From Ignavibacteria bacterium (lineage in GTDB: Bacteria; Bacteroidota; Ignavibacteria; Tepidaquicellales; OLB5), in the NCBI GenBank assembly GCA_017303675.1, contig JAFLBX010000002.1:1300411-1364410 (forward strand): a stretch of 64,000 bases of DNA, written 5' to 3'. The translations under genes were made by a program, and so were the position numbers. Numbering within the stretch: position 1 is the first letter of the stretch; each line of letters begins with the position of its first letter. Below the pieces are notes generated by a model. The model did not search any database, had not been told where the DNA came from, and saw nothing but the letters and a program-made list of their open reading frames with translations. Positions 1 through 10,081 of this stretch are shown piece after piece.

Positions 1-138
1 GTCTTAGAAATAGCTCTTAAAGCTATTGCTGTTATTTTATATCCGTTTATACTCTATATATTCAGATTCTATGAACCCATTGAAATTAAATCGTTTAAAG
101 GCTTTATCAATAAATATCTGTTCCGAGTAAAATTCTAA
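1..138 (+). CDS. 3' fragment of a membrane protein, probably a polysaccharide flippase (runs off the window edge)
   Basis: Frame 1 is open from base 1 to TAA at 136-138: VLEIALKAIAVILYPFILYIFRFYEPIEIK...; hydrophobic helix then basic tail; directly upstream of a methyltransferase and a GT4. Confidence 0.4.
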   Translation, partial: VLEIALKAIAVILYPFILYIFRFYEPIEIKSFKGFINKYLFRVKF

Positions 139-153
139 CTACAATTTTTTAAC

Positions 154-873
154 ATGGGATACAAAGGATTACCGAAAGATGTGACCCGGGTAATAGCTCC
201 TCCGTTGTGGGATTCATACCACTACGTAAGTGTACTCACCCGTAAGGCTTATGAAAACACAATACCCCGGTTGCTTAAACAGGGAGAAAAATACAGGATT
301 CTGGATTATGGCTGCGGTGCAAAGCCATATCAATATTTATTTGAAGGTCATATTTCTGAATATATTGGTGTAGATGTAGGCAATAATCCAAAAGCTGATT
401 TTTCAATTGTACCTGGTGAAAAGCTTAAGTTTGATGATAAAAGCTTTGATTTCGTGCTCTCATCACAGGTTTTAGAACACGTTCAGGATGTTGAGCAATA
501 TATGGGTGAATGTTTACGTGTACTTAAACCCGGCGGAATTCTGCTGCTTTCAACGCACGGTACCTGGCAATTCCACGCATCACCATTTGATTATAACCGC
601 TGGACCTGTATGGGGCTGCAGTATTTAATTGAGCGCAGCGGTTTTGAGGTCTTAGAATATAAGCCTATTTTGGGACAGCTTGCAGTAACATCACAATTAA
701 GGCTCAGCTTTTTTGATTCATTTGCAAATATGATTGGAACTGCCGGCAGAATAATTCTTGCGCCTGTAGCTTTCTTTTATCAGATCAAAATGATGATCGA
801 AGATGCAGTAACGCCGGCAAGAGTAAAAAAACGTGATTCTGCAATTTTTCTTTTTATTGCGAAGAAAAAATAA
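154..873 (+). CDS. Class I SAM-dependent methyltransferase (Methyltransf_11-like), polysaccharide locus
   Basis: ILDYGCG motif I, FDFVLSSQVLEHV, LKPGG. Confidence 0.85.
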   Translation: MGYKGLPKDVTRVIAPPLWDSYHYVSVLTRKAYENTIPRLLKQGEKYRILDYGCGAKPYQYLFEGHISEYIGVDVGNNPKADFSIVPGEKLKFDDKSFDFVLSSQVLEHVQDVEQYMGECLRVLKPGGILLLSTHGTWQFHASPFDYNRWTCMGLQYLIERSGFEVLEYKPILGQLAVTSQLRLSFFDSFANMIGTAGRIILAPVAFFYQIKMMIEDAVTPARVKKRDSAIFLFIAKKK

Positions 874-881
874 AGCCCTGA

Positions 882-1982
882 ATGAAGGATAAAAAGAAAA
901 TATTATTCATAAAAAACCTTTACCAGAATCCAAAATTTATTACCAACGACCTGGAAATACTTTCCGAAAACTACAATGTTAAGCTTCTGAATTTTAAAAG
1001 CAGGCGTAATGCGCTAATTATATTTTCACTGTTTCACCAGTTTTTTTACCTTCTTTTTAATATTTGGAAATTCGATCTTGTCTATATCTGGTTCGCGGAT
1101 TATCTATCATTCTACCCTGTATTATTTGCAAAATTGACCGGTAAAAAGTCCATAATCTGTGCCGGAGGTTATGAGGCTACTTATATTCCTGAGATCAATA
1201 TGGGTGTTTTTACAAATGCTTCCGTCTCAAAATCAGTTAGAGCGTTCTGCGTACGTTTCAGCCTTAAAAACTGCACTTATATCCTGCCTGTTGATGAAAC
1301 ACTTATAGAACATATCAATAATTATATATATTCAGATATTCCGGGGAAATCTCCGGTAAAAGATGGAATCAAAAATTTCATTCCCGGCATAAAAACTGAA
1401 TTCCTTACAATGTACCTTGGGTATGATTCAGAATTTTTCAAAAAATCAGCGAATCTTAGCAAAGAAAGATCAGTTGTAAGCGCAGGTTTGATTGTGAATG
1501 ATGATGAATTCAGACGAAAGGGGTTTGATCTGCTAATAAAAGCAGCCAAAGAATTGCCTGATATAAATTTCGTCTTGATAGGTTTCAATAATGAACAATT
1601 AGACAAATACACAGGATCAGTTTCTCCAAACGTTAAGCTGCTTGGGATTGTACCTTACGAAAAGCTTGTTGAAGAATACTCAAAAGCTAAAGTGTATGCT
1701 CAGTTTTCTATGTTTGAAGGGATGCCCAGCACAATATGCGAAGCTATGCTCTGTGAATGCATTCCTATTGGTTCAAATGTAAATGGTATACCTAAAATTA
1801 TAGATAATTATGGACTGACAATTAACAAAAGGGATACTGAAGATGTTAAAACGGCAATTGTTAACTCAATGAACATGCCGGACGAATTTGGTATTAATGC
1901 AAGAGAACATATCAAAAATTTATTTCCTTTAAAAAAACGTGAAATGGAAATTTTAAATCTTATAAAAAATTTAATTAATTAA
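882..1982 (+). CDS. Glycosyltransferase family 4 (GT-B)
   Basis: RKGFDLLIKAA, EGMPSTICEAMLCECIPI (EX7E motif). Confidence 0.85.
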   Translation: MKDKKKILFIKNLYQNPKFITNDLEILSENYNVKLLNFKSRRNALIIFSLFHQFFYLLFNIWKFDLVYIWFADYLSFYPVLFAKLTGKKSIICAGGYEATYIPEINMGVFTNASVSKSVRAFCVRFSLKNCTYILPVDETLIEHINNYIYSDIPGKSPVKDGIKNFIPGIKTEFLTMYLGYDSEFFKKSANLSKERSVVSAGLIVNDDEFRRKGFDLLIKAAKELPDINFVLIGFNNEQLDKYTGSVSPNVKLLGIVPYEKLVEEYSKAKVYAQFSMFEGMPSTICEAMLCECIPIGSNVNGIPKIIDNYGLTINKRDTEDVKTAIVNSMNMPDEFGINAREHIKNLFPLKKREMEILNLIKNLIN

Positions 1983-2031
1983 TAATTTTAGGAAAGGTTA
2001 CATTCAAATTAGCATTCATCAGATTTATAAA

Positions 2032-3498
2032 CTATCTTTTTATTAATTCATTTACCTTTTCTACCAGCCATTCTTTAGAGTTTGTTACGGTTTTTTCAAT
2101 TTCCAGCTTAAGGAATTCCGCTTCACTGTAATTTTTATCAGCTTTAATTTTTATCAGCTTTAAAAAAAGTATAGAAAAATTAGTATATGAGGTTCGGTGT
2201 ATATCCGCATATGTTTTATCATTCTGCACCATTTTCCTGTAGCTTTCTGCAAATGAAATTCCAGCTTCAAAATCATCCAGCTCATAAAACATTTTCATTG
2301 TCATAGCCTTAATTTCATGCTTGGTAAGGTAATGATCATTTTTTACCGATTGCAGCTCTTTTAACGCAGCATCAAACCTTCCGGTATTATACATTACCAG
2401 TGCTTTTGTCCACGCTTCCAATGATTCACGCTGTTCAGGAAGAATTTTCTGTATGTAACCTGTCATAAATTCAGTTATCCAGTCGTTTTTCTGCAGGTTG
2501 CTTGATGTTAATACTATATTACGGTATGTCTGCAAATTCATAAAATCCCCTTTTTTCTGAACATACAAACCTCTTTCAAGCATTTCTTTATGTACTTCGT
2601 GCAGTTCTGTTTTAAAGTACCTTTTCCCTTCAACAAATTTCCTTGTACAGATATTCTGCAGGCTGATAAAAATTGTGAACTGATTTTCCCATGTAAGGTA
2701 TTTCATGTTTTCCAGCGCTATTTTTTTATATTCAAAATAATAGTTATCATCATCAAAATTCTTAAACCCAAGGTATCTTTTATGGAAAAGATCAAATACC
2801 GGGTAAAGCTCAGGATCATTTTCCATCAGCATTTTCCCTGCGGATTCCAGGTTAATCCTCTCAAGCAATTGCAGCACTAGATTGCTTTTACCGCTGTACA
2901 TAGTTGTAATTCCAACAAGGATATTAAAGGCAATATCAAGCAGGTTTACCAACGAATCATAAACCAGATAACGCTGAACGCTTTGCATCGATTCCTGCTG
3001 CTTGTTAATTAAGTTACTGTAATCCAGAAAATAATTTATTTTTTCAAGCTCAAGCCTGTACCTGTTTCTGAAATACTCGCTGTCAACTGAGCCTTCTGTA
3101 ACATTTAATTTTTCTTCCAGCGCTGCAGAGCCTGTTTCAAATAATTTTTCAATACGTTTCTCTCTTATAACTCGAAGGTAATGCAGTTCGCACTCAGTTT
3201 CAGATGCTTTAAATGCCCTGAACCTCAGGTATTCTTCGGTAAGCTTTATCAAAGCAGAACCTGCTTTGCGCATCAGCGCATCGCTGTAGGGTTTATCTTT
3301 ATATATTTTTTTAAAAAGCTTTTCTTTGGCTATAGCTTCATTTTCAAATTGTGGATAGTATTTTTTCAGTTCGTCAAAAACCCTCACAATATACGCACCT
3401 TCTTTGTTAAAAAAGCTTGAGTCAATAAATTTCCTGAAATCCTTTATCTCTTCAGGTGAAAAAGCCTGTAATATTCTGATTAATTTGGAATTATGCAT
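2032..3498 (-). CDS. Conserved-looking alpha-helical hypothetical protein (488 aa), TPR-like C-terminus
   Basis: Long ORF, no signal peptide, helical composition, YNTGRFDAALKEL TPR-like segment. Confidence 0.7.
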   Translation of the reverse strand: MHNSKLIRILQAFSPEEIKDFRKFIDSSFFNKEGAYIVRVFDELKKYYPQFENEAIAKEKLFKKIYKDKPYSDALMRKAGSALIKLTEEYLRFRAFKASETECELHYLRVIREKRIEKLFETGSAALEEKLNVTEGSVDSEYFRNRYRLELEKINYFLDYSNLINKQQESMQSVQRYLVYDSLVNLLDIAFNILVGITTMYSGKSNLVLQLLERINLESAGKMLMENDPELYPVFDLFHKRYLGFKNFDDDNYYFEYKKIALENMKYLTWENQFTIFISLQNICTRKFVEGKRYFKTELHEVHKEMLERGLYVQKKGDFMNLQTYRNIVLTSSNLQKNDWITEFMTGYIQKILPEQRESLEAWTKALVMYNTGRFDAALKELQSVKNDHYLTKHEIKAMTMKMFYELDDFEAGISFAESYRKMVQNDKTYADIHRTSYTNFSILFLKLIKIKADKNYSEAEFLKLEIEKTVTNSKEWLVEKVNELIKR

Positions 3499-3762
3499 AT
3501 AATTCTAATAATTATTTCCTCACAAAATACATAATATTTTCAAATAAATTCATACTATATTCGATAGTAAATCTTTACAATAATGAAAAATTTTAAAAAT
3601 TTCCCTCACAAAACTTTGAATTTTTCTTTCAATTACTATTAATTAAAAAATATATTTACAAAACAATCAAAAAAAGATATAAGTCATCATGAAGTGTGAT
3701 AAAAGTCTTGAATAAAAATAAGAAAAATCATAAATTTAACTATTACCTAAAGGAGGTAAACA

Positions 3763-4743
3763 ATGAAAAAATTATTTAAAATTCTGGGCATTTTGCTCAT
3801 AGTTATAATTGTATTTGCGGCAGGCGGATACATTTATCTTCAGGCAGCGTTTCCCAAGGTGAGTGCGGCACCTGATTTAAAAATTGAGCCTACACCTGAA
3901 AGGCTTGAACGCGGCAAGTATCTTGCCAACAGCTATGCTTTCTGTATCGATTGCCACAGCACACGTGATATCAATAAATTCAGTATGCCGGTAGTGCCCG
4001 GGACTGAAGGTAAAGGCGGCGATGATTACGGTGAAGGAGCAGGATTCGTTCCGGCTTCAAACATAACAAGTGATAAAGAAACAGGTTTAGGAAACTGGAC
4101 AGATGGTGAAATATTCCGTGCTATTACTTCCGGTGTAAATAAAGACGGTAAATTTCTTGCTCCAATGATGCCATATGCGCTGTTCAGCAAAATGGATAAA
4201 GAAGACCTTTATTCGATAATAGCTTACATCAAGACACTGCCGGCTATAAAAAATAAAGTTCCTGAAAAAGATTTGAAATTTCCGGTTAACCTGATATTCA
4301 GAACTATTCCTGCTGATGTTACGGAATACGGCAAGCGTCCAGACGGGCTGGACAAAATAAAGCAGGGAGAGTATCTTGGCTACGGATGTAAATTTTGCCA
4401 CTCGCCCAGCGAAAAAGGAGAGATCTTGCCCGGTATGGAATTCGCCGGGGGAATGGAATTCCCTATGCCTGATGGTACAATAATCCGTTCATCCAACTTA
4501 ACACCGGATAAACAAACCGGGATCGGGAATATGACTAAAGAAATTTTTATGGCTAAATTCAAATCATGCATTGATGTGACCGGGCTTGATCCAAAATCAC
4601 GCGGATACAATTCTCCCATGGCATGGAATTTCATAGCGAAGACTTCCACTGATAGTGACCTTGAAGCTATATATGAATATCTGATGGCTCAAAAACCGGT
4701 GAACAATAAAATTGAAAAAATTACGACTCAGGGACTGAAATAA
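3763..4743 (+). CDS. Membrane-anchored diheme c-type cytochrome
   Basis: N-terminal TM helix; two CXXCH motifs (CIDCH, CKFCH); SNITSD/SNLTPD repeats; distal Met in MPY and MAW; AAGGAGG RBS. Confidence 0.85.
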   Translation: MKKLFKILGILLIVIIVFAAGGYIYLQAAFPKVSAAPDLKIEPTPERLERGKYLANSYAFCIDCHSTRDINKFSMPVVPGTEGKGGDDYGEGAGFVPASNITSDKETGLGNWTDGEIFRAITSGVNKDGKFLAPMMPYALFSKMDKEDLYSIIAYIKTLPAIKNKVPEKDLKFPVNLIFRTIPADVTEYGKRPDGLDKIKQGEYLGYGCKFCHSPSEKGEILPGMEFAGGMEFPMPDGTIIRSSNLTPDKQTGIGNMTKEIFMAKFKSCIDVTGLDPKSRGYNSPMAWNFIAKTSTDSDLEAIYEYLMAQKPVNNKIEKITTQGLK

Positions 4744-4766
4744 TCAGATTAAATCATTAATAAATC

Positions 4767-4787
4767 AGGGGCTTTTGCCCCTTTTTT
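4767..4787 (+). terminator. Rho-independent terminator after cytochrome c gene
   Basis: AGGGGC-TTTT-GCCCCT followed by T run. Confidence 0.8.
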
Positions 4788-4905
4788 ATTATAGGTGTCT
4801 AAATTTACTAATTATTTCAACTAATATTCAGTTTTAATAATACATAGTATTTTTAAAATTCTAACATTAAATTACAAAATTAACTACTAATTATAACTAT
4901 TTAAT

Positions 4906-7362
4906 ATGAATTCAATCATAAAAATTCTGATTCTTATCCTCTCCTTTAATTTTTTACATTTATACTCTCAGGAAATTATTATTCAGAATAATCCTTATGA
5001 AAAAGTAGATGAGTATACAAGTAAGAAAAAATCTTTTAACCGTGAAAAATGGTTTTACGAACAACGTATGTATCCTTTTAATCAGCTGCCTGATGATGCA
5101 TATGGCAAAGCATTTGAACAAAAACAAGAATTACGCCGTACACAAGGATTCGCCTTTGATAATTCTGTTACATGGACAAATATCGGCCCAACATCCGGGT
5201 TTTACTTTGCATATTCAAATATTTCAGGAAGAGTAACAACTGTGAAATATGACCCTGTAAACCCTTCAATAATTTATATCGGAGCAGCATTCGGAGGTGT
5301 ATGGAAATCTACAAATGGCGGTAATAATTTTTCTCCGATTAGTGATAATGAAATTTCAATGTCCTCTGGCTCAATTTGCATAGATCCTTCCAACACTAAT
5401 ATTCTTTATTACGGAACCGGTGAAGCAACCTACAGCGGTGCATCTTATTACGGAAGAGGTATCTTAAAATCAACAAATGGCGGTTCAACCTGGACAAATT
5501 ACACTAATGGTTTGCCAAGCTTAACATATTGTTCAAGAATTGTAGTACGCCCCGGATTTTCCAATCAGCTTTTAGCTGCAATGGGTACATCGGGATTATA
5601 CCGCTCAACAGATGGAGGCGTAAACTGGACTTTATCTGTATCCGGCAGGTGTGATGATGTTGTATTTTCACCCGACGGAAACAGTGCTTATATCGTAGGC
5701 GGAATCACGGGTTACAGAATTTCTACTGATGGTGGTGTAACATTTACTGCCAATACATCAGTCCCCATGGGTACAAGAAATCACATGGCTATTTGCAGAA
5801 ATACCCCTTCCGTTCTTTATATCGCTACATATGCAGGAAGTACTATAAGTACATATAAATCTACTAACTCAGGTATTAATTATACTCAGGTTTCAGTAGG
5901 CCATAATTTTGATGGCGGACAAGCCTGGTATGATTTTTATATGCAGGTAAATCCTTTTGATCCAAATTTCGCATATGTCGGCTCTATCGATATTTGGAGG
6001 ACTACCAACGGCGGAACAAATTTTGAAAATATTACCAATGGTTATTCAGGCGGGTCTGTACATGTTGATCAGCATAACATGGATTTTAATCCTCTGAATT
6101 CCAACGAACTTATAGCTGTTAACGATGGCGGAGTATGGAAATCGACTGACAGAGGTACTACATGGATTAATTTAAACGCAGGGCTGACTTTAACACAATT
6201 TTACAGAATAGCTGCTGATCCTAATAATGTTAATCATGTTATGGGAGGTACGCAGGATAACGGAACACAAAGGACTTTAGGAACGGTGAACTGGACTGCA
6301 GCATTTGGTGGCGATGGTGGCGAAGTATGTTTCCATTCACAAAGCTCTCAATTCATACTCGGTGAAACACAAAATAACGGTCTTCAGCGGTCACAAAACG
6401 GCGGTAACGGATGGCAAAACGCTACAAGCGGATTAACCGGTTCAGGCGCATGGGTTGGTCCTATTATTGCACACCCTACTACATCTGGAATTTTTTACAC
6501 TGCACGACAGCAGGTATTTCAAAGTACTAACTGGGGTGCCAGCTGGACGGCTATTTCAAGCGGAACAAGCGGTACTATCAGAGAAATGGCTATCAGTAAA
6601 TCCAATCCCAATATTATGTATGCTACGGTGAACGGTGTAGTATTTAAATCAACTAATGGCGGAATAAACTTTGTTAATTCATCCACAGGCCTTCCAACAA
6701 GAACAATTACAAGTATTAATATTCACCCTGATTCTTCACAGGTTGCAATAGTAACATTTTCAGGTTTTGGTGCCGGTAAAATTTACAAAACAACTGATGG
6801 CGGAGCAGTTTGGAATAACATCAGCGGAAATTTACCAGATTCTCCGGTAAACGACGCCTTGATATACTATCCAGGAACCTCAACAAGCATTTACTATGCT
6901 GCGATGGATATAGGTGTATTTTTTACTGATACCTGGGGTGCAACATGGACAGAACTTGCCGATGGTTTGCCAAATACAGTTGCTATGCATCTTGACTATC
7001 ACCAGGCAACAAATACACTTCGTATCGGAACTCACGGAAGGGGAGTTTGGGAAACTCATAACCCGGTAGGAATAATAAACTATAATAACCAGGTACCGGC
7101 AGGATACTCATTACAGCAAAACTATCCGAATCCATTTAATCCTGTTACAAATATTAAATATGATATTCTCTCTGAAGGCTTTGTTAATCTGGCTGTATAT
7201 GATATTTTAGGTAGAGAATTGAAGAAAATAATCAGCGAAAATCAAAGACCCGGCACATATACCGTACAGTTCGATGGTTCTGAGCTTTCAAGCGGAGTTT
7301 ATTTTTATAAATTATCTGCAAATGGTTTCACAGAAACCAAAAAGATGATGATCACAAAATAG
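4906..7362 (+). CDS. T9SS-secreted BNR/VPS10-like beta-propeller protein (glycosyl hydrolase-like) with type A CTD
   Basis: Signal peptide; many S/T-x-D/N-G-G-x-x-W BNR repeats; HVDQH; C-terminal QNYPNPFNP...YFYKL...KKM. Confidence 0.85.
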   Translation: MNSIIKILILILSFNFLHLYSQEIIIQNNPYEKVDEYTSKKKSFNREKWFYEQRMYPFNQLPDDAYGKAFEQKQELRRTQGFAFDNSVTWTNIGPTSGFYFAYSNISGRVTTVKYDPVNPSIIYIGAAFGGVWKSTNGGNNFSPISDNEISMSSGSICIDPSNTNILYYGTGEATYSGASYYGRGILKSTNGGSTWTNYTNGLPSLTYCSRIVVRPGFSNQLLAAMGTSGLYRSTDGGVNWTLSVSGRCDDVVFSPDGNSAYIVGGITGYRISTDGGVTFTANTSVPMGTRNHMAICRNTPSVLYIATYAGSTISTYKSTNSGINYTQVSVGHNFDGGQAWYDFYMQVNPFDPNFAYVGSIDIWRTTNGGTNFENITNGYSGGSVHVDQHNMDFNPLNSNELIAVNDGGVWKSTDRGTTWINLNAGLTLTQFYRIAADPNNVNHVMGGTQDNGTQRTLGTVNWTAAFGGDGGEVCFHSQSSQFILGETQNNGLQRSQNGGNGWQNATSGLTGSGAWVGPIIAHPTTSGIFYTARQQVFQSTNWGASWTAISSGTSGTIREMAISKSNPNIMYATVNGVVFKSTNGGINFVNSSTGLPTRTITSINIHPDSSQVAIVTFSGFGAGKIYKTTDGGAVWNNISGNLPDSPVNDALIYYPGTSTSIYYAAMDIGVFFTDTWGATWTELADGLPNTVAMHLDYHQATNTLRIGTHGRGVWETHNPVGIINYNNQVPAGYSLQQNYPNPFNPVTNIKYDILSEGFVNLAVYDILGRELKKIISENQRPGTYTVQFDGSELSSGVYFYKLSANGFTETKKMMITK

Positions 7363-7376
7363 TTATTTCAAATCAT

Positions 7377-7405
7377 AAAAAAAGGGGGGCAAGGCCCCCT
7401 TTTTT
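7377..7405. terminator. Bidirectional terminator between convergent genes
   Basis: A7-(G)GGGGGC-AAG-GCCCCC-T6. Confidence 0.8.
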
Positions 7406-7416
7406 ATTGCCTTAAG

Positions 7417-7767
7417 TCAATATTCTATCGTAATATCTGCAGCGTGAAAATAATCTCCGTGAAGATGTCCCATAAGAGTTAATGTTTTAGCTTTATCAAA
7501 TCCGGCAGGAAGTTCTTTTTCAATAGTGACTTTTTTAATAATACCTGCTCTATCTTTAACATAAAATGATGCTCCGCCGCCGGGATTGGGAGTTATCCCT
7601 TTTTCAACAAGCAGCTCAACTTTAATATTTTTATTGGCTGTACTGTTAATATCAAAATTACCGAATGATTCAGTTCCATCCTTTGCGGTATTATATACAC
7701 TATATAGAAGATAACCGATAAATAATACCACTACTGCGCCTATTATAATTTTTATATTTTTATTCAT
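7417..7767 (-). CDS. CcmE-like OB-fold membrane-anchored protein lacking the heme-binding C/HxxxY motif
   Basis: N-terminal TM; SFYVKDxxGxxKKV...PxxF...LxGxxxGxxFHxxxI pattern as in Bacteroidota CcmE; ends at ITIEY-stop. Confidence 0.55.
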   Translation of the reverse strand: MNKNIKIIIGAVVVLFIGYLLYSVYNTAKDGTESFGNFDINSTANKNIKVELLVEKGITPNPGGGASFYVKDRAGIIKKVTIEKELPAGFDKAKTLTLMGHLHGDYFHAADITIEY

Positions 7768-7787
7768 TTTTGCTTTCTCCGGTGTAT

Positions 7788-9680
7788 TTATTTATTTTTA
7801 ACATTATCATCCAGAAACTTTATTATTTTAGGATATAGATCCAGCCTGTTTTTTTGCTTAGCTATCCCATGGCCTTCATCTTCATATATATGCAGTTCAG
7901 AGTATCCCCCGTTTTGCAGGATTGCTTCATGCATCTGTTCCGCTTCAGTTACAGGCACCCTGGGATCATTCCTTCCGTGAATTATCATTAACGGTGCTTT
8001 TATGTTTTTTACCTTTCCCAAAGGAGATATGCTTTCGAGAAATTCACTGTCTTTTTCAAGGCTGCCGTATTCACTTTCCCTGTTATTTCTGCGGTAATCA
8101 CTTGTATTTTTAAGGAACGTCACAAAATTCGAAATGCCGACTATATCAATTCCGGCAGCAAAATAATGCGGGTACAAAGTTAAGCAGGCTAAAACCATAT
8201 AACCTCCATAACTGCCGCCTGTAACTGCAATTTTTCCGGGATCAATATCCCCTCTGTTATTTAAGTATTCCACCAGCGATGCGATATCTCTAACTGAATT
8301 CTCCCGGTTCCTTACATTATCCAAAGCGGCAAATTTCTTACCGTAACCAGTGCTGCCTCTAACATTTGGTTCAATTACAACATATCCAGCATTAACATAA
8401 TACTGGAAAACCGCTGAAAAGCCATAATTAGCCTGTCCCTCGGGTCCGCCATGAATAGAAATTATACATGGTAATTTTTTATTTTCTGAATTTAAAGGTT
8501 TATAAATAAATGCAGATATTTCAAGTCCATCAAATGATTTGTAAGTGATAAGTTCCGGTTCCACAAAAGTTTTAGGATCAATTCCCGCAAGCGAAGGATA
8601 AGTTATCTGGGCAACTTTGCCGGTATTTAATTCCCATTCATACAGTATGCTGGTATTTGCTGCAGAATTTATCCCGAGAATTAATTTAGTGTTATCACCT
8701 GAAAAATTCATAGCTGTAATGCTGGAGCTTTTTAATTCCGATGGTATCGTTACTTCCCTTTTTGTTTCAATATTATACAAGCTTATCCTGTCATATCCCC
8801 TGTCATTTATCATTATAAGCATCAATTTTCTGTCAGGCGAAAAATACAACCTGGATACATCACAGCTCTTATACTCCTTTAAGAATTCATATTCCTGATA
8901 GCTGATCTTTTCTGTTTTCAGGTCATATGTTCCAATTCTGAAAAAGTCACTTTTATCGTTAGAAATAAAGTAAAGAATGCCGCCCGTATGATCGAACGAA
9001 GCAGCGTAAAATTCAGCCGGATCTTTAAAATTATCATGAACTGATATCAGTTTTTCTTTGCCAGATGCAATATCCAGAAGAAACAGGTCATTATCATAAG
9101 TTGAATATGACCGGGAAAACACAAGTTTGTTGCCATCTGATGAAAGAACTGATGGGTAGTTTGAATGATCACTTGACCATATCATTTTCGATGAACCTGA
9201 TTCCAATTGGTAAGTATAAATATCATAAAAATAAGGGGAACGTTTATTTGAAAAATAAGTAAAAAAACTGCCATCATCAGACCATCTTCCGAAACCGTTT
9301 AATACTTTCGGAGCTCCATCGGTAATCATCTTAATATCTGTACCTGCACCATTGGATAAAAAGAACTGGTCATATTCTGAACCGCCTTCATCTTTTTCAA
9401 TCAGGATCAGGTCCTTTACGGGATTTGGCGAGTAACCGGTAATTCTGTCTTTAAAAAAAGTTACCTGGTTTGGCCATGCGCCCGGTGAAGTTACGAACCA
9501 TAGCTGGTTAGTACCTGTAATATTCATATTAAAATAGATCCGGCTTCCGTCAAATGAATATTTCGGGGATACTGCTCCGCGAATACTGAGATACTGGTCA
9601 ATGGTATATTGCTGGGAACTTAAAGGAAAAGAAAACAGGAAACAGAATACAGAAATCAGAATGTAACAGGTAATTTTCAA
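7788..9680 (-). CDS. S9 family peptidase (prolyl oligopeptidase/acylaminoacyl peptidase) with beta-propeller
   Basis: Signal peptide; IHGGP, GGSYGG nucleophile, NDPRVP Asp, EGHG His. Confidence 0.9.
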   Translation of the reverse strand: MKITCYILISVFCFLFSFPLSSQQYTIDQYLSIRGAVSPKYSFDGSRIYFNMNITGTNQLWFVTSPGAWPNQVTFFKDRITGYSPNPVKDLILIEKDEGGSEYDQFFLSNGAGTDIKMITDGAPKVLNGFGRWSDDGSFFTYFSNKRSPYFYDIYTYQLESGSSKMIWSSDHSNYPSVLSSDGNKLVFSRSYSTYDNDLFLLDIASGKEKLISVHDNFKDPAEFYAASFDHTGGILYFISNDKSDFFRIGTYDLKTEKISYQEYEFLKEYKSCDVSRLYFSPDRKLMLIMINDRGYDRISLYNIETKREVTIPSELKSSSITAMNFSGDNTKLILGINSAANTSILYEWELNTGKVAQITYPSLAGIDPKTFVEPELITYKSFDGLEISAFIYKPLNSENKKLPCIISIHGGPEGQANYGFSAVFQYYVNAGYVVIEPNVRGSTGYGKKFAALDNVRNRENSVRDIASLVEYLNNRGDIDPGKIAVTGGSYGGYMVLACLTLYPHYFAAGIDIVGISNFVTFLKNTSDYRRNNRESEYGSLEKDSEFLESISPLGKVKNIKAPLMIIHGRNDPRVPVTEAEQMHEAILQNGGYSELHIYEDEGHGIAKQKNRLDLYPKIIKFLDDNVKNK

Positions 9681-9709
9681 ATCATATTAATTTAAATTCA
9701 TAAATAATT

Positions 9710-10048
9710 TTATCCCGGCGGCCAGTTTAAGACCCTTCCTCCAAGCAAATGTGCGTGAATATGAAATACAGTTTGACCTGCAATTTCATTGCAGTTAAAT
9801 ACCAGCCGGTAACCTTCCAGATCATTACTTTTTGCAATTGCGGCTGCAGCTTCGATCAGCTTTCCGGATAAAGCGGAATTATTTACATTGATCTCATAAG
9901 GTGAGCTGATATGTTCTTTTGGTATGATAAGGATATGAACAGGGGCTTGCGGATTGATATCATTGAATGCAATCACATCCTCATTTTCATATATAATTGA
10001 TGCAGGAATTTCCTTCCTGATGATTTTGCAAAACAGACAATTTTCCAT
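9710..10048 (-). CDS. hinT: Histidine triad nucleotide-binding protein
   Basis: CLFCKI N-terminus, PQAPVHILIIPK, HIHAHLLGG triad. Confidence 0.9.
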   Translation of the reverse strand: MENCLFCKIIRKEIPASIIYENEDVIAFNDINPQAPVHILIIPKEHISSPYEINVNNSALSGKLIEAAAAIAKSNDLEGYRLVFNCNEIAGQTVFHIHAHLLGGRVLNWPPG

Positions 10049-10081
10049 ATTTATTCAGCAGGTATGATATTAATTTAAAAC

